From IMG/VR virus record IMGVR_UViG_3300048587_000675, positions 1 to 56,711 of that record: a stretch of DNA of 56,711 bases; one strand, given 5' to 3'. Position numbers and translations under genes: made by a program. Every line of letters begins with the position of its first letter. Position 1 is the stretch's first letter. Below the pieces are notes generated by a model. It made no database searches, was not told where the DNA came from, and was given only the letters and a program-made list of their open reading frames with translations. This document shows, piece after piece, positions 36,438 through 46,584 of this stretch. Source of the DNA: a virus. Its lineage: Duplodnaviria; Caudoviricetes.

Positions 36438-37392
36438 TTAACAATTCCAAACCTGCATTTAGATGTAAATCATCTAATTGTTTAATCTCTTTAGCCCATT
36501 TTATCCATTTTTGCTGGTTTGTCAATGTTTCTGATATTTCAACTCTTTTATTGTCAGTTGTTATATAAATATACTTAGTACCATCGTTATTCCTAGGCAT
36601 TTTTTTAAAAGATTCAACTTTTTCTTCTGATCCCTTAACAATAATCCTATTAATGTTATTTGGATCGCACGCTACGGGATGAAAATTTTCATCTAAATTA
36701 AGCTCATATGTCATGTGTCTTCGAAATAGTGTAGGAATATACTCAATCGTTGATGATTTTGTATCAAGAACGCCTAGTCTTTTTTCTTCATTACTTTCAC
36801 CAAAGCTGTGACTAAAGGGACTTCCAAGGTAGATAACATTTGACATTTGCTTTGGAGTGTGATAATGTCCAGCAATCACTAAGCCGAGGTCGGCAACATC
36901 TTTGAGTTCAATTGCTTCTTCTTCAGTGTATCCAGAGCCAATAGTAAATTCTTTAATACCTTGATGACAAAGTAAGATGGGGGTCTTGGGTAAACGAGGA
37001 ATCCAGGTGTTTAAATCTTCAAGGAATTTTTTAGGATTTCTATAATAAGGCATTATAAGAACATTGCCTATTTGCCCCGGTTTATCATACAAATTAACAT
37101 TGGGTAGAGCTTTTAATGGTTCAAGTGCAGTTGTAGAAGAATGAACGCTTAAAAGATCGTGATTACCAACGATTATATTATGTTTAAGATTTGAAGAAGA
37201 AAAATACTTAAAAAGAGAATTAAGACAATCTGCTTCAATTAGACCCTTACGGTCTAACATGTCTCCAAGCCAAATTACTGTATTAAGATTTCTTTCCTTT
37301 GCGAGGTTTTCTACTTCTGCGAACAGAGACTCGCACACTGGTAGATTTTCGCGCTTCATTTGTAAATCGCCTACTATTAAGTAATCGCTCAT
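36430..37392 (-). CDS. sbcD: SbcD/Mre11-like nuclease (T4 gp47-like)
   Basis: GDLQ, LGD, GNHD, GHYH, YLGSP...FGE motifs; coupled to sbcC. Confidence 0.88.
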   Translation of the reverse strand: MSDYLIVGDLQMKRENLPVCESLFAEVENLAKERNLNTVIWLGDMLDRKGLIEADCLNSLFKYFSSSNLKHNIIVGNHDLLSVHSSTTALEPLKALPNVNLYDKPGQIGNVLIMPYYRNPKKFLEDLNTWIPRLPKTPILLCHQGIKEFTIGSGYTEEEAIELKDVADLGLVIAGHYHTPKQMSNVIYLGSPFSHSFGESNEEKRLGVLDTKSSTIEYIPTLFRRHMTYELNLDENFHPVACDPNNINRIIVKGSEEKVESFKKMPRNNDGTKYIYITTDNKRVEISETLTNQQKWIKWAKEIKQLDDLHLNAGLELLND

Positions 37393-37549
37393 AATTCAAA
37401 AACTCCTTAAGCGCCTTAATTAACATCTTACCAAGTTTAGTCATAAATGTCAATCTTTCTTTTACAACAATTGTTGATTTATTAACTTTAACAACCTCAT
37501 AAACCGGTCCACTTTTAAAATTGCTTATTTTATTCCATGTCATAATTTT

Positions 37550-39466
37550 TTACTCTTCTGATTCACCGGATGGCTCGCCAACTAATTTCATGCCGTCTTT
37601 TGTAATATCTATCTGAATTTTTTTATGTAAATTTGCCCCGTCAAATAAATGTGATTTGTAGAGCGTCCACTGTACACGAGCACCAATTCTTACCTGTTCA
37701 CCTTTAACAGTCTTTTCAAGCCACTTGAAGCGACTAGTTTGAAAAGTAAGCGCACTGAAGAAGTCTACGGCATTGCCGCCTGCGTTTGTGCGACCCGGCG
37801 ACCCCATGTTGGCATAGGTCTGGTTAATAACCAGGATGTGAATTTTATCTTTGTTTAGCTTAGGAACAAGTCTACGAAAACCTCTCTTGTTTACCTTAGC
37901 GGCAAGACCCATCTGCAGACTGTCGTCAACGTCAGTATCAGCCTCCGCCCTGGCTGGAGTATTACCGAGGCTATCAAAAACAACTAGAATTCGACCATCT
38001 GGGTCTGCTTCTTTAATGTATTCAATATACTTATCAATACCATCATAAGCATCTTCCAGATAGTCGGGTCTGATAAGAGCAATTTGTTCAGGATCTACAC
38101 CGCGAGAAGTAAGCCGTGCCCCAGTGGTCTTTTTCTCTGTATCTACCAAAATAACATGCACCCCTTGGGCTTGGGCATTCTTAATAGCTTCAATAGCAAA
38201 AGATGTATTATGGGTAACTGTAAAGTCTCCTAAGAGGAAAAGAGGGTCTTCTACTAAGGTAAACCCGTAATAGTCTCCTACCCCCAATGATTCAATCTTA
38301 AAGCCTGTAGTTAATGGATTTCGGTTACCATTGAAAGGAAGTGCTTTCTTTCTTTGCACACGACATGGAATTACATTTGTGTTTCCAGAGATTGAAATTC
38401 GATAATACTTTCCAGAAAAGCCGGTGGATTTAATAGTGCCGATTTTTTTGGTTTTAGTGACTCGAAATCCTAAAGAACCTGCAAGGAAAACTATTTGATC
38501 AGCTAAGGATTCAGATTTCTGAATTATCTCATAACAGCTCTTTCCTGTCGCATTAAGATAACCATCGGTATCCAATAGCCCCGCAAGCAATAAAAGCCTT
38601 TTCTCCCTGGAATTTACTAGATAGTTAGTCGGTATATATTTTTCACCATTCTTTACCAGTTCATTTCGAACAAAGTTTAATAATGGATTTAACCTGGAAG
38701 ATCCAGAGCCGGTGCTAGTGACGAATTCGTGTTGAGGACACTTTGCTGCGGCGTTTACGACTTCCTGATGTTGAACTTTGCGATAAATTAAGTTATTTTT
38801 ATTTGCAAATTCTTGATAATACTTGTCAAGCTCGGGTTCATTATTCGTAATCTGTGTTTTAGTTCTTGTACCATCACCAAGCCACAGTCCAACCCAGTAT
38901 GGATCATATTCAACAGGCTTATCTGTAAATTCAACTTCAGTTCTATGTAGTTTCAGATTATGTCTAGTTGTAATATTACTATTTAAATATTCACTAACTG
39001 ATAGATTTACAACTTCCCCAGTGCGTGTGTGTTTCAAATTAAGTATGTGTGACTCATTACACGACCACTCAAGGTTACCGTAGTTTGGAATAATTTTATA
39101 CATCATTTCTTGACCGCGCCCCAGTGCACCTACAGTTCTAGGTTTACTATCAGGACCCATGAGTTGATCGCCCACTTGAACGTCTTGTACCATTTTAATA
39201 GTACCGTTGTACATAAGAACCGGAGTATCTTTGGCTAGACACTTACCAGAATCGGTATTACCTGCAATCATAAACACATAACCGAATGGCAAACCCATAA
39301 CGCCCGTAGCTTCTTTAAACCATGGGTCTAGAACAACGAAGTCTTCTGGTTTGCTTGGAGTAATGATATCAGATCCTGTACCAAAGACTTGAGCGGAACG
39401 CTGGTCGTCTTTAAAACTTTTACGTATTTTCTCAGCTATTTTATTTAAATCTAGTTTTTTAGTCAT
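37550..39466 (-). CDS. recA: RecA/UvsX-like recombinase interrupted by an intein (~293-aa extein)
   Basis: GLPFG, AGNTDSGK|TS Walker A, VDTE, VVFDS, INQ and GGNA motifs. Confidence 0.88.
   Translation of the reverse strand: MTKKLDLNKIAEKIRKSFKDDQRSAQVFGTGSDIITPSKPEDFVVLDPWFKEATGVMGLPFGYVFMIAGNTDSGKCLAKDTPVLMYNGTIKMVQDVQVGDQLMGPDSKPRTVGALGRGQEMMYKIIPNYGNLEWSCNESHILNLKHTRTGEVVNLSVSEYLNSNITTRHNLKLHRTEVEFTDKPVEYDPYWVGLWLGDGTRTKTQITNNEPELDKYYQEFANKNNLIYRKVQHQEVVNAAAKCPQHEFVTSTGSGSSRLNPLLNFVRNELVKNGEKYIPTNYLVNSREKRLLLLAGLLDTDGYLNATGKSCYEIIQKSESLADQIVFLAGSLGFRVTKTKKIGTIKSTGFSGKYYRISISGNTNVIPCRVQRKKALPFNGNRNPLTTGFKIESLGVGDYYGFTLVEDPLFLLGDFTVTHNTSFAIEAIKNAQAQGVHVILVDTEKKTTGARLTSRGVDPEQIALIRPDYLEDAYDGIDKYIEYIKEADPDGRILVVFDSLGNTPARAEADTDVDDSLQMGLAAKVNKRGFRRLVPKLNKDKIHILVINQTYANMGSPGRTNAGGNAVDFFSALTFQTSRFKWLEKTVKGEQVRIGARVQWTLYKSHLFDGANLHKKIQIDITKDGMKLVGEPSGESEE
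38207..39241 (-). mobile_element. Intein with LAGLIDADG homing endonuclease (345 aa)
   Basis: Starts CLAK, ends VTHN, +1 Thr; VGLWLGDG and LLAGLLDTDG motifs. Confidence 0.92.
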
Positions 39467-39485
39467 TACAATTTTCCTTAATTAC

Positions 39486-39728
39486 TTAAATATTATGAAT
39501 ATTTCCGTCATAAATTGGACAATCGTCTTCCAGTTTGTATGACCCTGGGTTGTTCATCAATTCAGCTAAGCTTTTTCCTTCCGGGTAAGTGAAAGAGGGA
39601 TAAGTTCTATCACAATCGGGGCGAAAATATTCAGGCCATCCATCACAAGCCTTACCTTCTTTATCTCTTAAAACCATATATTTAATCATATTATTTTTTT
39701 TCCTTAGTATTTCAGGTTTATCGCTCAT
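39486..39728 (-). CDS. Hypothetical protein
   Basis: In operon; ATGA overlap. Confidence 0.5.
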   Translation of the reverse strand: MSDKPEILRKKNNMIKYMVLRDKEGKACDGWPEYFRPDCDRTYPSFTYPEGKSLAELMNNPGSYKLEDDCPIYDGNIHNI

Positions 39729-39955
39729 AATTGTTTTTCATTTCCATCTTCATCAACAATAAAAATATTAAGTAATCCACTTTGAATAAGAAATTCTCTA
39801 ATAAATCCACTTGGTACGTTAAGTTTAGCAAAAATATCTGGTAATTCATCTCTATGAATAATATCTTTATTGCTTTTCATTATTTTAGTAAACTTCATAT
39901 TAACTTTTTTAGTCATCATTTTCCTCCACTCCGTATTTTTGCAATAGATTATCAT
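39725..39955 (-). CDS. Hypothetical protein
   Basis: In operon; probable start at the internal MMTKK. Confidence 0.45.
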   Translation of the reverse strand: MIIYCKNTEWRKMMTKKVNMKFTKIMKSNKDIIHRDELPDIFAKLNVPSGFIREFLIQSGLLNIFIVDEDGNEKQL

Positions 39956-40163
39956 ACCCCGTGGGTTTACTTTCTGGAAACTGTTTTCTAATTGAACTAG
40001 AAATTTTATTTAATATTTCAATAAATTTAATAGGCAATTGTTTATCGTTAGAGGCTATATATGTCACTAAATGGTTATCAAGAGTTGCAGCTTCATAATC
40101 TGATAGATTTAAAATAATTCTTCCTGGTTTAGGTATAATTAATGTATATTTAGATTTATTCAT
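39909..40163 (-). CDS. Hypothetical protein
   Basis: In operon; ATGA overlap. Confidence 0.5.
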   Translation of the reverse strand: MNKSKYTLIIPKPGRIILNLSDYEAATLDNHLVTYIASNDKQLPIKFIEILNKISSSIRKQFPESKPTGYDNLLQKYGVEENDD

Positions 40164-40408
40164 TTTTTGTTCTCGACTGCATCAAATAACCAAGATGCTT
40201 TTATAATAAAATCACGAGCATAGTTCCCCTTATCATTTGGTTCAGGAAAAAGATTTCCGTAGTGTTCAGCTAAAACCTTCGCACCTTGGATCACCCGCTG
40301 CGACTTTCGCACGAGATCGATGAGTTCGAGCGCGCGATTGCGAGCGTAAACGCTGAATCCATGAACCGCTTCTTCTTCCCAAAGTTTCAGCTTCTCTTCA
40401 GTTGTCAT
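40160..40408 (-). CDS. Small protein, family B (MTTEEKL..W...LELIDLVRK)
   Basis: Paralogue of 55939-56199; start revised to ATG 40408 (ATGA overlap, GAGGA RBS). Confidence 0.7.
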   Translation of the reverse strand: MTTEEKLKLWEEEAVHGFSVYARNRALELIDLVRKSQRVIQGAKVLAEHYGNLFPEPNDKGNYARDFIIKASWLFDAVENKK

Positions 40409-40629
40409 TTCCATTCCTCAAATTTCTTAAGGGCTGACAAAACTTCTTCAAAAGGATGTCTTGAGTTCATAACTGCTCTCGCCTGGGCTAATTCCAAAGC
40501 CTCAGCCATTTCTTTACACAAATATACCATCTTAGCCAAATCGGGGTCGGCGCTATGGTTTTCGTATCCTTGTTTTACTCGCTCTTCTAATCGTTTCCAT
40601 CCTTCAGGTATATTCATAATTACTTCCAT
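40405..40629 (-). CDS. Small protein, family A (MxIPEG...ALxKFxEWK)
   Basis: Paralogue of 56201-56428 and 40620-40802; probable start at MNIPEG. Confidence 0.7.
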   Translation of the reverse strand: MEVIMNIPEGWKRLEERVKQGYENHSADPDLAKMVYLCKEMAEALELAQARAVMNSRHPFEEVLSALKKFEEWK

Positions 40630-40802
40630 TGTTTGAAGGTTTCAAGGGCTTCAAATAAAACTTTCTTTGCTTCTGCTGCAGCAATGCTATCGTTTAATAC
40701 TATAAGTCTATTTCTAGCTTCTAAAATAGCATTTACAAGATCTTTAACAAGTTTAGCGTCTACTTCAGACAAAGTATATAATTTTTCAGGTACTTCAGTC
40801 AT
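40620..40802 (-). CDS. Small protein, family A-like (...ALETFKQWK)
   Basis: Shares VPE start and C-terminal motif with family A. Confidence 0.6.
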   Translation of the reverse strand: MTEVPEKLYTLSEVDAKLVKDLVNAILEARNRLIVLNDSIAAAEAKKVLFEALETFKQWK

Positions 40803-40814
40803 AATTTATCTTCC

Positions 40815-41210
40815 TTATACAGTATCGTTTTTTACCATATAGGTTAGTAGTCTAAACCCAGCATCGAATTGCTTAATAAAACTTTGTACATATGTAATAT
40901 TATTTTCAAGCAAAGCAACTCTTTCAGCTGCTACTTGACGAGCAGGATTGGCTTTAGCTGAAGCTTTGCGAGCATCGGCATCTTTACCCTCTGCTACAGA
41001 AATTGCACTATACATAGCCTGCTCTTCAATAGCTTTAGCTTTAACAAGATCATCAGCTAATTGCTTCCACAGGTTGGTAAGTCTTCCTTGGGCAGTTAAA
41101 AGTTTACTACCACGTTCATATGCTTCATTTTGAGCAAGAACTTCACTAACTTCCATTAACGGTGCAGTTTTTTCGATAATTTCTTCAATAAGCTGTTCAA
41201 TTGTTTTCAT
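40815..41210 (-). CDS. Helical protein, possibly a recombination mediator
   Basis: Coiled-coil pattern; GGAGG RBS; near recA. Confidence 0.45.
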   Translation of the reverse strand: MKTIEQLIEEIIEKTAPLMEVSEVLAQNEAYERGSKLLTAQGRLTNLWKQLADDLVKAKAIEEQAMYSAISVAEGKDADARKASAKANPARQVAAERVALLENNITYVQSFIKQFDAGFRLLTYMVKNDTV

Positions 41211-41413
41211 TTGTCCTCCATCTTCAATATAGCCTCTTTTTCAGCCATTTGCAATAGGATATAAGAACTTAAACATATAATAAAAATATGAATAAAAACA
41301 AATACATGCTGATGTTTAACAAAACTAACTCCTAAGCCAAAGGAGTTAATAACAACTGCAGCTAAGTTTATATGTTTTGCAAAATGATATAAACTGCTTA
41401 ATTTATTGACCAT
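41207..41413 (-). CDS. Small membrane protein
   Basis: Two hydrophobic segments. Confidence 0.5.
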   Translation of the reverse strand: MVNKLSSLYHFAKHINLAAVVINSFGLGVSFVKHQHVFVFIHIFIICLSSYILLQMAEKEAILKMEDK

Positions 41414-41673
41414 TATGCCCCTTTTTCTTCTAAAATAAGCACTGCGGCTTTAACAACCGCGTTTAGTTCTTTATTTAAATCCCTCATGGAGGCTTCCATA
41501 TCTTTTTTAACTAGTTTGATTTGTTGATATTTTTCGTTATTTTCTAGTTCTCTTTTTGCTTCAGCTTTTTGCCTTTCGGCTGTTACAATTACTTCTTTCA
41601 ATTGTTCTACAGAAGAACCTTTTAATTCGTTCATTCTTTGTTCACCTAAAATTTTATAAAGTTTATCGCTCAT
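41413..41673 (-). CDS. Coiled-coil hypothetical protein
   Basis: AGGA RBS; heptad pattern. Confidence 0.55.
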   Translation of the reverse strand: MSDKLYKILGEQRMNELKGSSVEQLKEVIVTAERQKAEAKRELENNEKYQQIKLVKKDMEASMRDLNKELNAVVKAAVLILEEKGA

Positions 41674-41695
41674 TTTATCTCCTATCTTATTTTTA

Positions 41696-42145
41696 TTAGA
41701 ATTCTAAACGTAAATATAGACCCACCTTGGGATTAGCAAGTTCAAAATCACCCTCTGCTCCAAGCCAGCTATTAAAAACCGGAAGTCTTACTTCTGTTCC
41801 AATCCTTGGAACAAGCTTGTTTGGATCTTTTACAGCAACGGCAACTCCGCCCTTTACTGCCCACATCTTCTTATCTTTTATTTTTTCAATCTCAGTTTCT
41901 TTTTTAGTGGTATTTGTTTCTGTTTCTTTCTTCTTAGTTTCTTCAATTCTTTCAATAACCTTTCCGGTATTAGGATCAAATCTTTCTGTAATCTTTTTAT
42001 CCTCTTGTTTTGTCTTTTTTTCTTTTTCTACGATTTTCTCAACTTCTCTTACCTTCTCTGGTGCGTAGAAGTGACCTAGACCATACCCTATGGCCAAAAT
42101 AACAATACCGGCAGCTAAAAGTTGTAAAATATTTTTAATATTCAT
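41696..42145 (-). CDS. Membrane-anchored protein with C-terminal amphipathic beta strands ending in Phe
   Basis: N-terminal TM, K/E/T-rich stalk, ...VGLYLRLEF C-terminus. Confidence 0.6.
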   Translation of the reverse strand: MNIKNILQLLAAGIVILAIGYGLGHFYAPEKVREVEKIVEKEKKTKQEDKKITERFDPNTGKVIERIEETKKKETETNTTKKETEIEKIKDKKMWAVKGGVAVAVKDPNKLVPRIGTEVRLPVFNSWLGAEGDFELANPKVGLYLRLEF

Positions 42146-42651
42146 TTTTTGTTCCTATCATCAAACTGTTTCATATTGGTTAATTCGTACTCAAGTAAAA
42201 ACAAAAGATTACAAGCAGCATGTGCTATATGAGACAAATTTGTCTCAGGGTCAACTGATTCGCCATCATTCCAAGCCAGTAGGTGTCGTTGTGCTGCAGA
42301 TAGTACTCTGGTATAGCTAATACCTTTGCGCCAGTTATGTGGCTCATATTTTTTTGCACCATAGTCTAATACCTTTGCAATCTCTAGCAAAGGTTTACTT
42401 GGAAGTAGTGCAGTAGTGGGTTTGCCGCTATCATATTTAGTACCTTCTTCTAATTCAAGTTTGCCTGATACAGAATGTTTTACAGTCATATCAGGAAACT
42501 TATTTTCAGGTAAATTATATGAGATGGTTTGAATATCTGCAGATTTACTATGTTGTTCACAAACTGAAATAGTTTTACCAACTGCGAAGCAACCACAATT
42601 TACAGGAGTTGCGCCGTACATACCAAATGCATCTTTAATTCCGTCACTCAT
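42142..42651 (-). CDS. dATP/dGTP diphosphohydrolase domain protein
   Basis: GTKYDSGK, YGAKKY..HNWRKG, RHL, DPET.LSHIAHAACN motifs. Confidence 0.88.
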   Translation of the reverse strand: MSDGIKDAFGMYGATPVNCGCFAVGKTISVCEQHSKSADIQTISYNLPENKFPDMTVKHSVSGKLELEEGTKYDSGKPTTALLPSKPLLEIAKVLDYGAKKYEPHNWRKGISYTRVLSAAQRHLLAWNDGESVDPETNLSHIAHAACNLLFLLEYELTNMKQFDDRNKK

Positions 42652-44801
42652 TTTATCTCCTTCAATAAATCCTGGTTTTTCTTTAAAGAATAATTAACAA
42701 AAGTACCCTTGGGGATTATTGTCTCAAAACTTAGTGTTGTTTTATATAGTTTTTCTAAAAGTCTTTTTTTATTATAACCCCCTTTAAAATTTTCCACAAG
42801 GGTTAATTGATCATTTTCATCGTAATAAAAATAAGCCCTATCGCCTTCTGTATACTCTGTTGATCTTATTGCATCTTTTACATTTTGTTCATTGGTTCTT
42901 TCAGGATTTAACACTTTAGACGTAATTGTCTTTCTATTTGCCCATCTTTTAATATCTTGTATGCTCATGATTTCTTTAACATACTTGGTGTATATTTCAA
43001 CGTAATTTTCTTTACGTTCGAGCATGCTATCAATTATTTCTTTAATAAACTCTTTTAAAGCAGGTTCCTTAACTGTAGCCTTAATGGCACTACCTTTATA
43101 TTTAATCTTTTTTCCGTCATAAAGGATGTAATTTTTAGCCTTTACAACAACAACGGTTTTATAATAACCATCGGGCTCGTATTTAATTCTGTCAGGCAAG
43201 CTGTCGTTAATTTCATTAACTAGTTGATTTTGTTCATTTTCTTTAATAACACTTTCATCTTGGTAACAAAATGCAATACTGTCAGTATCTGCGTTAACTA
43301 GTTTAAATTGTTTACTTTTTGCCCACCCCATGGTGTGTTCTAGTATGTTTCTACCTGTTTCAGTAATATAAGAAGCCCCGGTGGGATAATTAAAGATATT
43401 ATGACTACTTCCCATAAAGCCGTACATACTGTTAATAAATATCTTCTGTGCACCCTGTAGATCGTCATAATATTTATCGTTTTTAGCTAGTTTTTTGTTG
43501 TGTAAACGTTCTTTTGTAAAAGTTTCGACTAATTTCAACAAGACCCCCTTTGGGTCTTTAATTTCGTCATAAACTTGGTATTCTAAGATAATATTTGGAT
43601 ACAAAGATGCGATGTCAATTTTAAAAACATTTGAATAAATACCAGGATTTCCTAATGAAATCGCACCTTCATATGGAACCGTTGGTGATATTTTAGGTAA
43701 GCTATGATTATCCTTAAGATATGCTCTAACCATCATGTTGTTAATCTGACCACCAGTGGCGGATTCTAACATGTGTTGATAGCTCCTTGATACCGATTGG
43801 GTCATGTAAAACAAATAAGGACACATTAAGTCGTAGATATTTAAAGAATCATCTGCGTCAAATTCTGCGTATTTTTTAATCTTTTCCCATTCGATGGGAT
43901 CTTTATACTTGAATCTAATTTGACTAGCGTCATAAAATTGACGGTTTTCAATTTCTAATCCCTCCTGTTTGACAATGTTTTTCAATCCATAGCTTTCGTA
44001 TTTTTTAGCAACTCCGTCATAGCCCCAGGCTAAAAAAAGTGTATCAATAACCTCTCTACCGTAGATCCGGATTCTTTTAAATTCTTGAAAGTCATTTTGA
44101 GCTTTTCTTTTAGAGATAGTAAAATCATCAATTTCGATTGCAGATCCATTTCTACCCAGGTTTAATTCTATACCTTCCATCTTAGCAATATGAATCATAT
44201 AAGGCAAATCATAGTCATAGATGTTATGTCCAACGATAATAGAAGGGTCTATTTGCATTACCCATTCACACCACGACTTTAACATATCCCCTTGGGTTTC
44301 ATATTGATCATAAGTAAACATTTTTCTAATAATTTTTTTATTATTTCTAAAAGTATTTGAGATGATTAATATCTTACTTGTAGAATCCTTATTAAGACCC
44401 ACTGTTTCGATATCGAAAGATAAAACACTTAAATCTTCAGGTTTAAGTCCTTTAAAATACGTAATCCCTTCATAGGTTAACATTGATTCCTTTTTATCCC
44501 ATATGGAGAAAGTACTTTCGTTTTTAAACTTTCTTCTATCATTGAAATAAAAAGCAGGATTATCGTAAACTTTAATAAACTTATATGGAAGATTTCCCTT
44601 CATTGGGTGAAAATGATTGTCTAAACAGTTTTCAGAAACCATCCATAGCTTGGTTTCAATTATTTCACTTCTAACAAATCCATCAGGTTCTTGAATAAAC
44701 AATTCCGTTCCGCTGTCTGTTGGTTCAATACCAACGACTCCACCCTGTGGGTTTTTACCGTGAATTAAATCGTTATAATTAGTCATTTTTCTTAGATTCA
44801 A
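42648..44801 (-). CDS. Family B DNA polymerase with 3'-5' exonuclease
   Basis: Exo motifs FDIET, GHNIYDYD, YAEFD; pol motifs DIASLYP, KIFINSMYG, ADTDS, KNY. Confidence 0.95.
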   Translation of the reverse strand: MNLRKMTNYNDLIHGKNPQGGVVGIEPTDSGTELFIQEPDGFVRSEIIETKLWMVSENCLDNHFHPMKGNLPYKFIKVYDNPAFYFNDRRKFKNESTFSIWDKKESMLTYEGITYFKGLKPEDLSVLSFDIETVGLNKDSTSKILIISNTFRNNKKIIRKMFTYDQYETQGDMLKSWCEWVMQIDPSIIVGHNIYDYDLPYMIHIAKMEGIELNLGRNGSAIEIDDFTISKRKAQNDFQEFKRIRIYGREVIDTLFLAWGYDGVAKKYESYGLKNIVKQEGLEIENRQFYDASQIRFKYKDPIEWEKIKKYAEFDADDSLNIYDLMCPYLFYMTQSVSRSYQHMLESATGGQINNMMVRAYLKDNHSLPKISPTVPYEGAISLGNPGIYSNVFKIDIASLYPNIILEYQVYDEIKDPKGVLLKLVETFTKERLHNKKLAKNDKYYDDLQGAQKIFINSMYGFMGSSHNIFNYPTGASYITETGRNILEHTMGWAKSKQFKLVNADTDSIAFCYQDESVIKENEQNQLVNEINDSLPDRIKYEPDGYYKTVVVVKAKNYILYDGKKIKYKGSAIKATVKEPALKEFIKEIIDSMLERKENYVEIYTKYVKEIMSIQDIKRWANRKTITSKVLNPERTNEQNVKDAIRSTEYTEGDRAYFYYDENDQLTLVENFKGGYNKKRLLEKLYKTTLSFETIIPKGTFVNYSLKKNQDLLKEIK

Positions 44802-46566
44802 CTAAAGATAGTAATTGTTGAAATTTCTCTCTTGGACTGTTTTGATATTGAGTGGTCTCTTTTTTCTCATCAGCCTTTCTAAGAGCATTAGCCCTTTCAA
44901 CAAATTTATTAAACTCGTCTTGTTCAATTTCAGTTAAAGGTCTAAAATCACCGTTCATAATATCATAAAATATACTATGTCTAGTATATACCCTTGTTGC
45001 ATCGTTTAAACCAACTTCTCGAATTTTACTATACTGCCAACCAGAGGCAGTTAAAGGAGTTTCAGCTTGAACACGTTTAAGAGGTTGCCAGACTGTTATA
45101 ATATAATCGCAAAACCAAGCAAATTGAGCAGCTCCATATGCAGCGTTAATACCCATTGGTGTGTCACCGTGACCGGCTCTTTCAATTGTACTTTGGTTTT
45201 GTATAATAAGAAAACAATTTAAATCTTCTGCGATTACTTTCATTAATCTGCACATTTCTTTTACAGAAATAGTCTTTACTTTACCTCTTCCGGAGTTTAC
45301 ATCAGTTGATACATCAAAATTAGGTTCCTTAGTTGTATCAATTTTATCTGAAAGAGCCATAAAGTGGTCAATAACGACGCACCCTGGTTTTTTGTTAAGA
45401 GATTTACAAGTGTCTTGTACAAATTTATAAATATGTTGCCAAGTTAGTCTTTCGTCTGTGTTTTTATTATCAATCACAAAAAGACGTTTACCATCTGGAT
45501 GATCCTTTCCAACTAGTTTTTGCCATCTTTGAACAATTTGTCTCGCTGGCATTTCTAAGCTGAAAAAGAAATGAATATCATCATTTGATTTCCTATTATT
45601 CATGATGATATCTTTAATAATTTTCAAACTGACACTCGATTTACCGGTGCCCGATCCGGCAACGACGCCAAGAACTTCGCCTTTACGCCAGCGTTCTTCT
45701 GTACAATCCCAGAAGCTAGGGCCATTTATTGCTTCATTTTTAACATATAAGCTTGCATCTTTTTCAAGATCAGAAATTGACATCGCAACATATTCTTGTT
45801 TCTCAGACAACCCCCTTGGGTCATACTTAGGATCATTTGTATATGCAGATTCAATTGTTCTTTGTAATTCATTTTCGGTAAATTCATCATCAATACAAGG
45901 GCTTTTTATCAATCGCTCATAAGCCTCGTCGATGGTATATCCCTGTTCTTGAAAATCTTTAGCAGCTTTATATGCTGAAATATTTCTTTTACCGGATTGA
46001 GCACCTTCTACAATAAACTCCATTGTTCCTCGTGATAGCTTACCTTTTGTAAGCTTTAACTCAAGCTGAGGTGCTTGTAGAATATTAGGCATTACATTTT
46101 CAGTAACAGGGTCAAGGGTTTTACCGTTATTTATATGAATAAGTTCTTTAGATTTATAATAAAATCTAGCAAAATCTTTACACTGTTGGTCAATGAAAGG
46201 AAATTTATTGGACAGGGAGTACCAAGTATTCTTGTATATCTCCCTGTCCATTATGGAGGAGGAAAGTGGAATAATAATTCTAAATCTATCTACAATCTTG
46301 TCATTCTTCTCAATTTGATGAGATTTAGATGTTAGAATGGCATATGTATATTCTTTAAATAACTCTTTAGCTCTTTCAATCGTACATCCTTCGTCAATGT
46401 CGATTGCAAAAACGTCACATCTAGACCAATTATTGCCGTGTCTATAATTATTGTTAAATAAAAACGGACTCCAGTCATATTTAATTGTAAAAACTGATAG
46501 TTCGTTTAAAGATGTAACTTTAATATCTACGGTTTCGGTCAATCCGTTTAATCTAGAAACAAACAT
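44779..46566 (-). CDS. Primase-helicase fusion (AEP-like primase, PriCT-like region, SF4-like helicase)
   Basis: IDID...SKSH...RFRIIIP primase motifs; GKRN; AGSGTGKS, SLEM, VVIDH; start revised to ATG 46566 with AGGAGG RBS. Confidence 0.8.
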   Translation of the reverse strand: MFVSRLNGLTETVDIKVTSLNELSVFTIKYDWSPFLFNNNYRHGNNWSRCDVFAIDIDEGCTIERAKELFKEYTYAILTSKSHQIEKNDKIVDRFRIIIPLSSSIMDREIYKNTWYSLSNKFPFIDQQCKDFARFYYKSKELIHINNGKTLDPVTENVMPNILQAPQLELKLTKGKLSRGTMEFIVEGAQSGKRNISAYKAAKDFQEQGYTIDEAYERLIKSPCIDDEFTENELQRTIESAYTNDPKYDPRGLSEKQEYVAMSISDLEKDASLYVKNEAINGPSFWDCTEERWRKGEVLGVVAGSGTGKSSVSLKIIKDIIMNNRKSNDDIHFFFSLEMPARQIVQRWQKLVGKDHPDGKRLFVIDNKNTDERLTWQHIYKFVQDTCKSLNKKPGCVVIDHFMALSDKIDTTKEPNFDVSTDVNSGRGKVKTISVKEMCRLMKVIAEDLNCFLIIQNQSTIERAGHGDTPMGINAAYGAAQFAWFCDYIITVWQPLKRVQAETPLTASGWQYSKIREVGLNDATRVYTRHSIFYDIMNGDFRPLTEIEQDEFNKFVERANALRKADEKKETTQYQNSPREKFQQLLSLVESKKND

Positions 46567-46584
46567 TTTTCCTCCTAATTTAAT

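Noticed and set aside
37283-37543. 86-aa ORF between recA and sbcD
   Set aside because: The 5' half may be a real small gene, but the track ORF runs 110 nt into sbcD and I cannot fix its boundaries, so it is not listed as a feature
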